A stretch of DNA of 61,045 bases, filler included. It is 10 parts of 10 records of this genome, joined end to end, with 100 filler letters (N's around TTAATTAATTAA, not from the genome) between each part and the next. Parts side by side here need not be neighbours in the genome. Positions count along the whole stretch, not along the records: positions 17,033 to 25,042 come from SRR7504441_11393; positions 25,143 to 29,711 come from SRR7504441_11398; 8 more parts are not named here. One strand, given 5' to 3'. Below, piece after piece: positions 20,301 through 29,811 of the stretch. Numbering within the stretch: the first letter of the stretch is position 1; each line of letters starts with the position of its first letter. Made by a program: the position numbers and the translations under genes. A model generated the notes under the pieces. That model had not been told where the DNA came from. It worked only from the letters and a program-made list of their open reading frames with translations, and did no database searches.

Positions 20301-23127
20301 GGCGACCCCAGAACCCTACACTATCGACAAAGGGCATATCGTGCTTGTGGATGGGAGCGATAATGCTGACCGCTTCACTGAGGCAGTAGCAGCTCGGCCT
20401 CATGCTGTGGGAATCGACGTTGAGTGGTGCCCAGATGAATTGAACAAGGGCAGTAAACGTTCGTCTGCTGCAGTAGTCCAGGTGGCTGTTCACCCATCAT
20501 CGACTGTGTTCTGCCTCGATTGGATTCGAGCCACGGAGCAGACCAGGTATGCAGTGATCGATCTGCTGTGCGACTCTGCTGTCCTCAAAGTCGGGTTCGG
20601 CTTTGCTGCTGACTTGGAAAGACTGGCTTTGCAGCCGCCCTGTGGTGCACAGCCAGTGCTGGACCTTCAACAGGTGGCAACAAGCATCTTTAGACAGGAG
20701 CAGCCTGCGCTCTCACACTTTGTGCAACAAATTCTGCCTGGCCAGAATCTGGTTAAGGCCGTCGGCAAGCTCTCACACCAGGATTGGGAGAAGCGACCTC
20801 TGTCTCTAGAGATGATACAGTATGCAGCATGCGATGCCATGGTGCTCCTAGATTTGCACAAAGAACTGTGCGCAGAGCCTTCTGGTGCAATGAAAACTGC
20901 ACTATGGGCCCTGCAGCATACTGTGAGCCGCCCCAAAGGCTCCCGTGGAGTGCTACAGCATAGAAGTAGAGGAGACACTGCACACCCGGAGGCTGTGCCC
21001 CGAGCTGCGAGCATATATCTTGATGCAGACTCCCGCTCGGCGCTGCTGTCGGCTTGTCCAGCACGCCATAAGCAGCACCACGTAGATCACGTTACGCTGC
21101 TGTACCAACCCGAGCGGCATCAACTCTCGGATCTGCGAGTTGGCAGTAAACTCAAGATTGAGGTGCTCAGTGAGCACTGGGACAGAACATGTCAATCGGT
21201 CCGTGTAAGGCTCCATGAAGATCCTGGAATCGGAATACCAGATGAGCAGATTCTTCACGTCACTATATCGACACTGCAGGGTGTGGGTGCAGTGGATTCT
21301 CTCCGCTTGCTGGCTGATTCTTGTTGCGATTCTCGAGAAATCAGCAGTCTTGTTCTAACGGGCACAGTGGGGCTCCGTGTAGTCCTCGAAATCAAGAGCG
21401 ACCCCCTTGGTTGTTTAGAAGCCAAGGTGAAGGCCCAAGTACTCGACTTCGTCGAGTCCGCCCAGGTGGGTGAAATGATCAAGCTGAAGCACTTGTCTTC
21501 CACTGAGCGACACGCGCTCCACGAGTTTGCAGAGCTGCACAGCATGCAGTCGCGATCGGAGGGCATGGGCGACGCAAGGAAGCTCATCCTTACCAAGAAA
21601 CATACCGGCGATGCTTGTGACTCTGGCCTTGAAGGAGGTAGGGTGGTTGCGAATGCTACCGATTTGGAGCAAGAAACCGGCAAAAAGTCCAAGACTAAAA
21701 GCCAGACGCTGACGATAACAGATCGGGCCAGCTTTAGGCATTGGTTGGTGGGTCCGCAAGCGCCAGGATCGTCGACAGAATCTGATTCCCATGGCATCTG
21801 TCACACTGATCATGTGGAGTGGCTTAGACCACATGATTCGCCGCTGTTCGGGCTCCTTGAATATGGTGAGCTCGATCTCCCCTTGGTTGTGATCCTGCGC
21901 GGTATTCCTGGCAGCGGCAAGTCGCATCTTTGCTCCCATCTACTGGAGAAGTGCAGCTCCAAAGAAGCCACTAAATGCAGCGCGGATGAATTCTTTGAGC
22001 GTGGCGCCGGAAGATTGTCCAGTCGAGCTATGAAAGGCCGAACAAAATCCGATGTCTACGCAGAAGCGTTCAATATAGACCTGCTGCCAGAGGCTCATCA
22101 GTATTGTCGTGACCAGTTTGACGAAGCGCTACACGGCGGCCAAGTCCAGATGATTGTGGTCGATAACACCAACACTCGGCTCAAAGACTATGTCTATTAC
22201 CTTGAACAAGCTACATCAGCCGGATGGTACGTGCAAGTAGTGGAGCTGCTAGTATCTGATCAACAAGTGGCTGCACTCGCAGCCCGCCAGTGTCACGGTG
22301 TCCCAGCCAAGGCGTGTGCGATGATGCAACAGAGGCTGAAGCAAGAGCCTCATGACGGCGCCTTGCGGCTGCGACCGTATGTCGCAGTGTCTCAGATCCC
22401 GACAATTGGGCAGACAGATCGTTGGTTGATGAAGAACGGACTCATCCACTACAACAAGGGCCAGCCCGCGACGCATTTGAGGATGGCAGTGAACGACTCA
22501 CCGGTGGCGTTTGTGAACGTCCCAGCGAGTCTAGAGTCGGAATTCCTCGAGGTCTACGCTGCAGACGCCGGACCAAAGTATCTGTGTGAGTACGCTACTA
22601 GAGAGTTTAGGATGTACCTTGATTTCGACTATGAAGGGAGGCCACTGACTGAGTGCCAAACCCTTCAGTGTTGCAGAGTGTTGCAGACTGTTGTCCAGGA
22701 GCTCTATCCGGATTCCAACCCTACCGTCCTCGTGACCGGTTGCCCAGTTCAGGACAGCGCAGAGGGAGACACGCAAGTCAAGACTGGATTGCATCTGAAG
22801 CTTCCATATCTGCTTGTGGAGCAAGATTCAGCGCTAAGGATCCGTGAAACATTCGTCAGAAGATTGCACGATATGGCTTGCTCTGACCCCGGCAGTTGGG
22901 GCGATAGAGTTGAGCCGTGGGACCAAGTTGTGGACGAGGCAGTGTTCCAGCACCGCACGCTGCGAATGCTGTTCAGCCGGAAGGCCAGCAACAAGTATGT
23001 GGATCTGGGGCGGGAATACCAATTGCTGGCCGTAGTCGGTCGAGATGGGATCTTGGACGAGGACTTGAAGCAACAGTATTTGAACGACCCTCAAAGACTA
23101 TTGGCGGATGCTAGCATAAGAAGCTGA
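17389..23127 (+). CDS. Multidomain RNA-repair protein: Ub-like N-term, Rnl1-type RNA ligase, unknown domain, HAD 5'(3')-nucleotidase, DEDDy 3'-5' exonuclease, 2H phosphoesterase, R3H, P-loop polynucleotide kinase, AEP primase-polymerase
   Basis: Ligase: RECRG, HKFFN, EKLDGS, FEW, EGIV, KIK. HAD: DLDGVLVD, ILTA, LIDD. Exonuclease: GIDVEW, ADL, DWEKRPL...YAACDA. 2H: HVTL and HVTI. R3H: ERHALH. Kinase: GIPGSGKS, SAD, IVVDNTN. AEP: YLDFD, GLH, VVD..LRM..SRK. Intronless; start 17389 (MPKLRL) preferred, 17320 possible. Confidence 0.88.
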   Translation: MPKLRLSICRNAGKNRGIVSGVVLVEPRWKEVAAAARGKLKLSAKELKALRLFLRKDNGRAVAGTELDSASIGECLTNDSVLSVSVGEPFFHSDGRAQTDGASRDWPLAPCFPWPAGPHSPPAASRKLLPEAPPEAGDTAGPAWCPGNASEDRLAPLCEFEMDGPFVCLEGDVSKCLREAIGGCTGFTVKDCGWWHAFDYKSAHGGMEAMFPNPLAARKGTRERWNLAARRECRGLLVCSRTGRVLRRPLHKFFNLEEISETTDLSGLTLPRHSRCLSEKLDGSLVSALQLDRQWVWAGKSAVNADVAGFVGTQQAGYIALVQACEAANQTALFEWCPEEQVAGVIRHAEPSLQLIAVRDIFSGQYATPEQLEQLAAEHSVPLTRQFAPEDLGLKPGCTIAELCSVVRAWTDTEGIVLSLNGALYKIKTSWYMQMVVAATRGGKQGGARFLGELVSQSGALSAAPAAAVWGCVLSEQSDDEMSLCCALLSEAGQPEQAQLLKRFRDKTLAGFKDLHAELLQWGASVNSALQIGESHSLMEAVAASSVAGWQTTLLVAYCQARAAGSDLHAQSELSAQLRKLCVEQKILALEKLLKCRWSTDIVLIDGAELERTSIGAEVFAQARENCGVKLLERIREHTCGVYLNKKIANMQGKQVGEINGDTEVYIHPDHAPDEGKLKGCWELFQSDGIADLRLDLQPQKQSGHDDHYGDSSFANIQVQFGPSSVCKKSSKKTSKAHLSGGLAGILVATGACHRLDHLRAALELSFDCAAYVRVHAPSGTAQIGPGQDPCNLQIFCDLDGVLVDFQNGLNSAGEAVKVSVLNCSEAQKWSVIQKTPHFFADLDWCEGAQSLWQLISEELPTNAPPKILTATPGGKLGKRVDKDKRLWCKKHLPKVEVITCLSEDKVKSSGKNCVLIDDSLKHKEPWEESGGIFIHHSDLDRTIWLLRKLFLDSELCTTLAAAVETFEQPSATPEPYTIDKGHIVLVDGSDNADRFTEAVAARPHAVGIDVEWCPDELNKGSKRSSAAVVQVAVHPSSTVFCLDWIRATEQTRYAVIDLLCDSAVLKVGFGFAADLERLALQPPCGAQPVLDLQQVATSIFRQEQPALSHFVQQILPGQNLVKAVGKLSHQDWEKRPLSLEMIQYAACDAMVLLDLHKELCAEPSGAMKTALWALQHTVSRPKGSRGVLQHRSRGDTAHPEAVPRAASIYLDADSRSALLSACPARHKQHHVDHVTLLYQPERHQLSDLRVGSKLKIEVLSEHWDRTCQSVRVRLHEDPGIGIPDEQILHVTISTLQGVGAVDSLRLLADSCCDSREISSLVLTGTVGLRVVLEIKSDPLGCLEAKVKAQVLDFVESAQVGEMIKLKHLSSTERHALHEFAELHSMQSRSEGMGDARKLILTKKHTGDACDSGLEGGRVVANATDLEQETGKKSKTKSQTLTITDRASFRHWLVGPQAPGSSTESDSHGICHTDHVEWLRPHDSPLFGLLEYGELDLPLVVILRGIPGSGKSHLCSHLLEKCSSKEATKCSADEFFERGAGRLSSRAMKGRTKSDVYAEAFNIDLLPEAHQYCRDQFDEALHGGQVQMIVVDNTNTRLKDYVYYLEQATSAGWYVQVVELLVSDQQVAALAARQCHGVPAKACAMMQQRLKQEPHDGALRLRPYVAVSQIPTIGQTDRWLMKNGLIHYNKGQPATHLRMAVNDSPVAFVNVPASLESEFLEVYAADAGPKYLCEYATREFRMYLDFDYEGRPLTECQTLQCCRVLQTVVQELYPDSNPTVLVTGCPVQDSAEGDTQVKTGLHLKLPYLLVEQDSALRIRETFVRRLHDMACSDPGSWGDRVEPWDQVVDEAVFQHRTLRMLFSRKASNKYVDLGREYQLLAVVGRDGILDEDLKQQYLNDPQRLLADASIRS

Positions 23128-23252
23128 GCCTAGAAATGTACCCTTTTATTTATATTTGTTCGATTCTACCTCATGCCAGTGTATAAAAGCACACACGACT
23201 AGCCAAATCCAGATCTACATCGTACCGCTGCAAGATCGAGCCGCTGTTAGCG

Positions 23253-23853
23253 CTAATAGTCCTCGATCTCGAGCTTGCGGCTATACGAGTAGGTCTGGAC
23301 TGGCTGGTCGCCTGCCCAGTTGCTCTGACTACCGTAGTTGTCGTCCATTTGCTCCTGCGACTCTGGCGTGGGCATGCTCATCTTCAGAAAGAGCTCGCTG
23401 CCGGCCGGCTGGTTCATCAACAGCTCGCCCACCGTCTGCAAATCGTGCCCCGACACGTCCAGCTCCCGCCCCCGCCCGGACACCTGCCCAGCCATCGGGG
23501 GGCTCCAGCCGGGCCGGTCACCACAACTTGGACCTCGGTGTCCGGCAGGCCCTCCTCGATCCCGGGGTAGTAGTAGCTCAGCTGGTGCATCTTGCGGTGC
23601 AGCTGCTTGAGCTCCGCGATCGAGGTCTCCACGCGCACCTGCAGCCGGCTGACTGGCCAATCCGGCTGGGGCGCGCCTTGCACTCGTCCTCGCGCCGGTG
23701 GGCGTAGGCCCACTTGGCCGTGACGGCGGGGGTGTGCGACATGGCCCCGAGCCAGAGCACACGGCCGGCCAGCTCGACGCAGCTGCCGGACGGCCGGTCC
23801 GAGGCCCTGGCCAGCAGCCCGCCGCTGGTAGGCGAGTGCCACTGCTTCTCCAT
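23253..23853 (-). CDS. Hypothetical protein (multi-exon)
   Basis: Three overlapping minus frames join through two 38-nt introns (one GC-AG: ECK|VRVETS; one GT-AG: VQVV|VSGRG) to end ...KLEIEDY-TAG. Start uncertain. Confidence 0.5.
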
Positions 23854-23951
23854 GACCCTGTGCGGCGACAACCCGTGGCCCTGGGCACGTCTGCCACCGT
23901 ATAACGGCCCTGTTAACGGCAGCACAGCCCTGGGAGCGGCGCACGAGGAGG

Positions 23952-25042
23952 ATGCCCGCCGCCGGCTTCCTGGTTGGACTGGCGATGCTGGCGGCCGTGT
24001 CGGATGCCGAATCACCGCCCTGCCCGTGCGCCGAATCGTCCGACTGCGCGCCGCTGGCTGATTTGTACATTGCCACCGGTGAGGCCCCCGGCAGCTGACG
24101 TGACGCCTGGCCCGCAGGTGGCCCCCGATGGGGGGACAAGAATGCCAACTGGTGCAACGGAGGCAGTCCCTGCGGCGGCAGTGCGGAATGGGGCGGTCTG
24201 ACGTGCGACAGCAACAACAGGGTGCAGTCGCTAAATCTATCCTTCCCCACCTCGTTGTCCGGCAGCCTGCCTCACAGTATGTTCAGCTTGGGCGGGCTGC
24301 AGAAGTTGTTTTTACAGCAGACTTCATTGTCTGGGAGCCTGCCCCATACCATCACCAGTATGGCTGGGCTGCAGCAACTGATTCTTAAATTCACGGCAAT
24401 ATCGGGCAGCTTGCCGCAGGCCATTGGAGGCATGTCCGGGCTGGAGTTTCTTGATGTGTACACGACTTCCTTGTCCGGCACTCTGCCCCCTGCCATCACC
24501 AGTCTGGCTCGGCTGCAATCTTTAGGCTTATCTGAGACATTCTTGAGCGGCACGCTCCCCGCCGGTATTGGCAGCCTGGCTCAGGTAGAGCACCTGTGGA
24601 GCAAAGGTAACCATATATCCGGGAGCCTGCCGAGCGGCGTGGCAAGCTTGACTTCGCTAAAGCTTCTTTTCTTGTATTCTACCTCACTGTCCGGGAGTCT
24701 GCCGAGCAGCATCTCAGGTGCAACTGTGCTGGAGATTCTGTATGTGGGCCGGACCTCTTTGTCCGGGAGCGTGCCAATCAGCATCGCCAGCATGCCCCGT
24801 CTGCATGCTTTTTCCATGGCCCGGACCTCAATATCCGGGACCCTAGCCAGCGCCATCGGCAGCAGTCCGGAACTCCGCTATTTGTTCTTGTACGAAAATT
24901 TTCTGTCCGGAAGCCTGCCCGCTAGCTTTGGGAGCATGAGCATGCTGGAGCGCTTGGTCTTAACCAACGACTTTTTGTCAGGTAGCCTGCCACAAACCAT
25001 CGGCAGCATGGGTTCCCTACAGACGCTGTCTTTGGCCAACAA
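23952..25042 (+). CDS. Secreted/receptor-like LRR protein with plant-type LRRs and LRRNT cap (3' truncated)
   Basis: Signal peptide MPAAGFLVGLAMLAAVSDA. After one short intron: LADLYIATGGPRW...PCGGSAEWGGLTC cap, then 24-aa repeats SLSGSLPxSIGSMxxLxxLxL. Confidence 0.85.
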
Positions 25043-25142
25043 NNNNNNNNNNNNNNNNNNNNNNNNNNNNNNNNNNNNNNNNNNNNTTAATTAATTAANN
25101 NNNNNNNNNNNNNNNNNNNNNNNNNNNNNNNNNNNNNNNNNN
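25043..25142. other. Artificial contig linker
   Basis: N44-TTAATTAATTAA-N44. Confidence 0.98.
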
Positions 25143-25449
25143 TCTGTGCTTTCCAGGATGTGCCTAGCGTGAGGCTTCATGCTCCTCCCGGCGGCGCCTC
25201 TTCGATCTCATTCGGATAATTCCGACTCAAGATTCTATAATTCCTCTTATTATCTTCTGCGCAAAGAGGCAGCATCAGGTGCTACCGAACGTCTCGACCA
25301 CTGTACATTCAAAGTGGCGAGATCCTTGTATTACTATTACTGATGAGCTTTAGTATAAAGCTCACAACAATAAAAGTACAAACTCGTTAAAAAGTTGGTG
25401 GTTGACAATGCTGTGCGTATGTACTCGTACATGTACATGTAGTGTAAAA

Positions 25450-26809
25450 TCACAAGCATGTTCGAACCTGACCTCGTTGTACCTCTATTTCCTGCTCTAT
25501 TTGCGTTCTACGGACTAGTGAAGTGGCAGCTGCTTCGCCAGCGACGTACCCTGTCGACCACCTGCAACACGCCATGGTGAGCACTTGTGGGTTAATCGAG
25601 CGCTCACGCTGACTGGAAGTTGTAACCACCGGTGACGCCATCAACGTCCAGCAGCTCCCCAGCAAAGTAAAGTCGGGGCACTATCTTGCTCTCCAGGCTC
25701 CGCGTATCAACGCCGTCCAGCATCACTCCTCCGCACGTCACAAACTCATCCTTATTAGTGCTCTTACCCACTACTTCCATCCGGCCCCCGCACAGCGCCT
25801 CTGCCAGCGCCAGGCACTGTTTGGCTCCAAGCTCGCCCCATCGCCGTGGGGCCAGCTCAGCGGCCACTCGGCGCCAGAGCCTCAGTGGCACATCCACTGG
25901 CGCCACGCTACCCACAGTTTTCCTGGCCCATCGCGGGTCCCGGGTCAATTCTCGCAGCCGCTCAGCGCACGGCTCTGCTCGTTCAAACTGGCCAGCGCAC
26001 AGATTACAGTGGACCGTGCCGGCATAGCCTTGCTGATGCAACTCTCGCGCCGCGAATGCAGACAACTGGAGCACAGCAGGCCCCGAGAGACCGCGGTGGG
26101 TGACCACAGCCGGCCCTCGCCTTGGGTGCAGCCGCTTCGAGCCATTCTGCAGCCAAACCTCGATCATCGGAAGGCTGAGCCCAGCCAGCCCTGCCAGCAG
26201 CCCCGGGGCCAGGTCGAGCGCAAATAGACTAGCCACCGGCTTGCTAATCGGGTGACCCAGCTGGCGAGCCCAGCCCATCGCTGCCCGCGCCGACCCGGTG
26301 GTGAGCACCAGCCCTTCGTACACTCGCTCGCGCGCGCCCGCGCCCCGGCCCACAGACAGCGCAAACCCGCGAGGCACCACCGCCACCCCGGTGACTGGCG
26401 CTTTGAGCCGAGTGCTTACCCCAGCCCGGTCAGCTTCCCGTTCCAGGCAGCGCACCACCGACAGGGCCGAGTCACTCACGGGGAACACCCGACCGTCTGA
26501 CTCGGTTTTGAGCTCCAGCCCGGCACTAACAAACCAGTCGTGCGTGGCTGACGGCCCGAACCGGGCCAGAGCACCCCGGAGCGGCCGGCGCCCGCGAGGA
26601 TACTGGCTGGCGATCTGGTCCACCGGCAGCCTCGGGTCGTGCATCAGGTTGCACCGGCCCCCGCCCGAGATGCGCAGCTTGGACAGGACCTTGCTGGTGG
26701 CTTCGAGCAGCTCGACCGACACCGGCGCCCCGGCCTGGCCCACCACCCGGCCGGCCTGGATCGCTGCGAAGAACCCAGCCGCACCCCCGCCCACCACTGC
26801 GAGCCGCAT
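25450..26809 (-). CDS. HI0933/YhiN (BaiN-like) NAD(P)/FAD-dependent oxidoreductase
   Basis: VVGGGAAG, KLRISGGGRCN, DGRVFP, THRGLSGPAVL, VTCGGV, LYFAGELLDVDGVTGGYNFQ. A short intron restores SAWSTG. Confidence 0.92.
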
Positions 26810-27082
26810 CACACGGCCGTTGCCAGCACAGACAGGCAATGAAGCGGGCTTTAGTAGGTACTTCGTACCATGAGCCCGCATTGTTCTAAGTTACTCGTAC
26901 ATGCATGCAGTATTCATCAATGCAACCCATCATGATTATAATCAGTTTATACGTGTAAGCTTAATCGAAAATACCTGAAGCCGCCTACAATTGTATCTGC
27001 CTCGCCCTTTGCACCCTACTATAAGAGGGCCGGGGCCCAATTGATCTACCTTGAGAGTCGAGCCGTGCTCGTTGTGCGCGCA

Positions 27083-27678
27083 ATGAGGCTGGTGTTCGCG
27101 GCAATGGTTCAAGTCGCTTTCTGTAGAGCCAATCCAACTTACGAGATTCCAGGTATGTACGAAAATCAGCAGCTGCACTGGCATCAGCTTTGTTCCCAAC
27201 AGGCTTCTGTTGCAACTTTGAACGGGAACCAACCCGTGAACCTTTAGAGGACGCTTTGCTTTTGTCGACAAGATTCATCATCGAAACCAGGGTCTCGCCT
27301 CCACCAAAAGCGCTACTTTTCCATTGGCACTCTCGGATCTGTCGCACTTTTGGCAGCTTTGAACGAGGAGCCCAGTTGGGCAGTGCAGTTTTACCTTTAG
27401 CAAACCTAAGCAGCTGGGATCTTGAACGCGCTTGGCTCGTGACCAACTGTTGGCTGGCCCAGGCACGGGCTCAAGAATACAATAGCTCTCGCCACGGTCT
27501 CAAGCAGCATGTTGCAAACATCAAGCGTGTCCAGGCCGAACCGGAGGCGATCGGGGTGCTCACCGGCGACGGGAGCAGGCTGCTCATTGTCCTTGAGTCG
27601 CCGCCCCAGAGCGTCCGGTGGTCCCCGGTCCGCTGCTACATACTCCCGCCACTGCTCCCCCGAATAGACGGCCGTTAA
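27083..27678 (+). CDS. Hypothetical, possibly secreted protein (2 exons)
   Basis: MRLVFAAMVQVAFCRA leader, then a GTATGT...CAACAG intron joining in frame to ORF 27190-27678. Confidence 0.4.
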
Positions 27679-28001
27679 CGTCCTGGACTGATCGGACTGA
27701 TAACCGAGAAGTACTACAGCTGAAGACGTAAGCTAGCTAGATCTACATAGTTACATGTATATGTACGTAGGCATTGGAAGTCTGAAACTCGTGCAGCTAG
27801 GCAACATCTTACGTGTACGTACCGCAGTACGCTCAAAGGTTACCGTACAAACATACACGATATTAATTAAATACGCCTGACTCGTATTGCGAGTCTGTTA
27901 GCTTCGTAGCCATGCTGGGCTTATGCGGAGATCTCTGCGCTGGAATCTTAGCTCCTTAAGGTGGGACTTTTACCGTTTATCGTGACGTCGACGTTGTCTG
28001 G

Positions 28002-29012
28002 TCAGAGCTTGTTCATTTTGAAGTAGTTGTACGCCATGAACGCTACCAACGAGAGCGCATAGAACGCCATCTGGCTGCTGCCCACCGTCTCCCCCAAGAA
28101 GAACACACTAAACACAACCAGTCCTGCATTCCGAGCCGTCGCCATTGTCTTGAGCGTTATCGCACTGGTCCTCTGGATCACCAGCATGGTTACAATGTTG
28201 ATACCAAACCCTAGCACGCCCGAGAGCAAGAACAGCCACCAGTGCGGCAACAGCACCTGCAAGTGGCCCTCCCGCACCATCCGCGGCAACTCGACAACCA
28301 CCGCAGCGCCCCACAGCCACAAGCTGCAGATGGGTGCCATCCGGTACAGGCCCTCCATTGCGCCGAATCTGTGGTTGGCCATCAGCTTCTGGATCAGCAC
28401 CAGCTTGGCCCCCTCGCAGGTGTTCGATATGAGCATCACCCCCACCCCCACAACATTAAAGTTTAGCTCCCCGCGCCCGGCGCCAGCCGTGCAGATGCAG
28501 ATGCACAGCACCGAGAGGCACACCCGCGGTGTGGGCACCTCCACGCTGAACAGCACTAGCATCGGCAAGATGACCGCCGGGGTGAACGCCTTAAGCATCT
28601 GAATGAAGGACACGGACAGATACATATATACCGCGTTCCCGGCCATCAGCGTCCCCGCGCTCGCTGCGCCCACCGCCCACATGCTTCGCCGGACCTGCGG
28701 CTGCAGCTGCTTGTGCTCCAGCGTGTGGCTCTTGAGCACATGCACGCACACGTAGCTGCCCGCCGCCGAGGCCACCTGACCCAGCCCGCTGACCGCCATT
28801 GGGAAATCGAACGCGAGCTCGTTCATGATGTGTTTGTTCACCAGGATCAGCGCCGGCCCGATCAGCAGGTGCGCCAGGCAGTACCCGAGCGTGACCAGCC
28901 CCGGCCACAGCCGGGGCTTGCTCTGTTTGTCCGGCTCGACTGGCTCGCCCGCCTCAAGGTCGGGCTCGAGCAGCTCCTCCACCTCCGACGCGTGCTCACG
29001 GGAGCGCGGCAT
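28002..29012 (-). CDS. Triose-phosphate-transporter family (SLC35/DMT) sugar-phosphate or nucleotide-sugar translocator
   Basis: About 10 hydrophobic segments; LILVNKHIM, FDFPM, GNAVYMYLSVSFIQMLKAFTP, VIQRTSAIT. Confidence 0.9.
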   Translation of the reverse strand: MPRSREHASEVEELLEPDLEAGEPVEPDKQSKPRLWPGLVTLGYCLAHLLIGPALILVNKHIMNELAFDFPMAVSGLGQVASAAGSYVCVHVLKSHTLEHKQLQPQVRRSMWAVGAASAGTLMAGNAVYMYLSVSFIQMLKAFTPAVILPMLVLFSVEVPTPRVCLSVLCICICTAGAGRGELNFNVVGVGVMLISNTCEGAKLVLIQKLMANHRFGAMEGLYRMAPICSLWLWGAAVVVELPRMVREGHLQVLLPHWWLFLLSGVLGFGINIVTMLVIQRTSAITLKTMATARNAGLVVFSVFFLGETVGSSQMAFYALSLVAFMAYNYFKMNKL

Positions 29013-29711
29013 GGCAGCTCGACGGATCGAAACAATCCGACAATTTTGTGATCTTTGTTGCCAGCTGCTCAGTCGCCTGGTTTATCGGGTACTTGACACT
29101 ATCAGGCCAACGCATACACAATGTGCCGATGCAGTTATCAGGGCCCACAAACCATCGGACCATGCACGCATGCACAATGACAAACGAGTGCTCAAATCCT
29201 ACGTATGAGCAAGTTACGTATAAATCTACAACATTTGAGTAGATTCAATGATCATAACAACTGTTCAAAGAGTTCAAAGTATCACGCACTCGAAGCACCT
29301 ATAGCTATAATTGCACAACGATGCTGGGGAGCCACACTGGGCCTAACATTCAACTCGACCACACCGTCGCGGGCGATTCAAACCAAACCATAGGGCGAAG
29401 CGGACATCCCCTGGCGGACGATTGTATTGCTACGTTTGACCAAAGAACCAACCCCAAGGTGAGTCATCCGACCCACCTGCCACCCGTTCAGCCCCGCCGG
29501 CCACCCCTGGGCCGCTTGCCTGCGCCTGGCGCACCCCCCTCCCCGCCCCGCCTGACCCGGCTGGCTCGCCGCCCCCGCCAACCCTCTGCGCACCCCTGAG
29601 CGACCGTGGGCACTTCGCACTCTAGCTTGCGCAGCGAGCCCTCCAGCGCTTTACTGTGCGCCTGCCACCCGCGGCTGATTCCGGCCCGGCGCCCGGGCTG
29701 CCTGGAGCCCG

Positions 29712-29811
29712 NNNNNNNNNNNNNNNNNNNNNNNNNNNNNNNNNNNNNNNNNNNNTTAATTAATTAANNNNNNNNNNNNNNNNNNNNNNNNNNNNNNNNN
29801 NNNNNNNNNNN
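29712..29811. other. Artificial contig linker
   Basis: N44-TTAATTAATTAA-N44. Confidence 0.98.

Noticed and set aside
10909-23127. Functional linkage of eEF2 with the RNA-repair gene as a translation-rescue cluster
   Set aside because: They lie on different contigs separated by an artificial linker, so adjacency is meaningless.
29400-29711. GC-rich stretch with a GTGAGT donor-like site, possible gene start
   Set aside because: Truncated by the contig end and no product can be supported.
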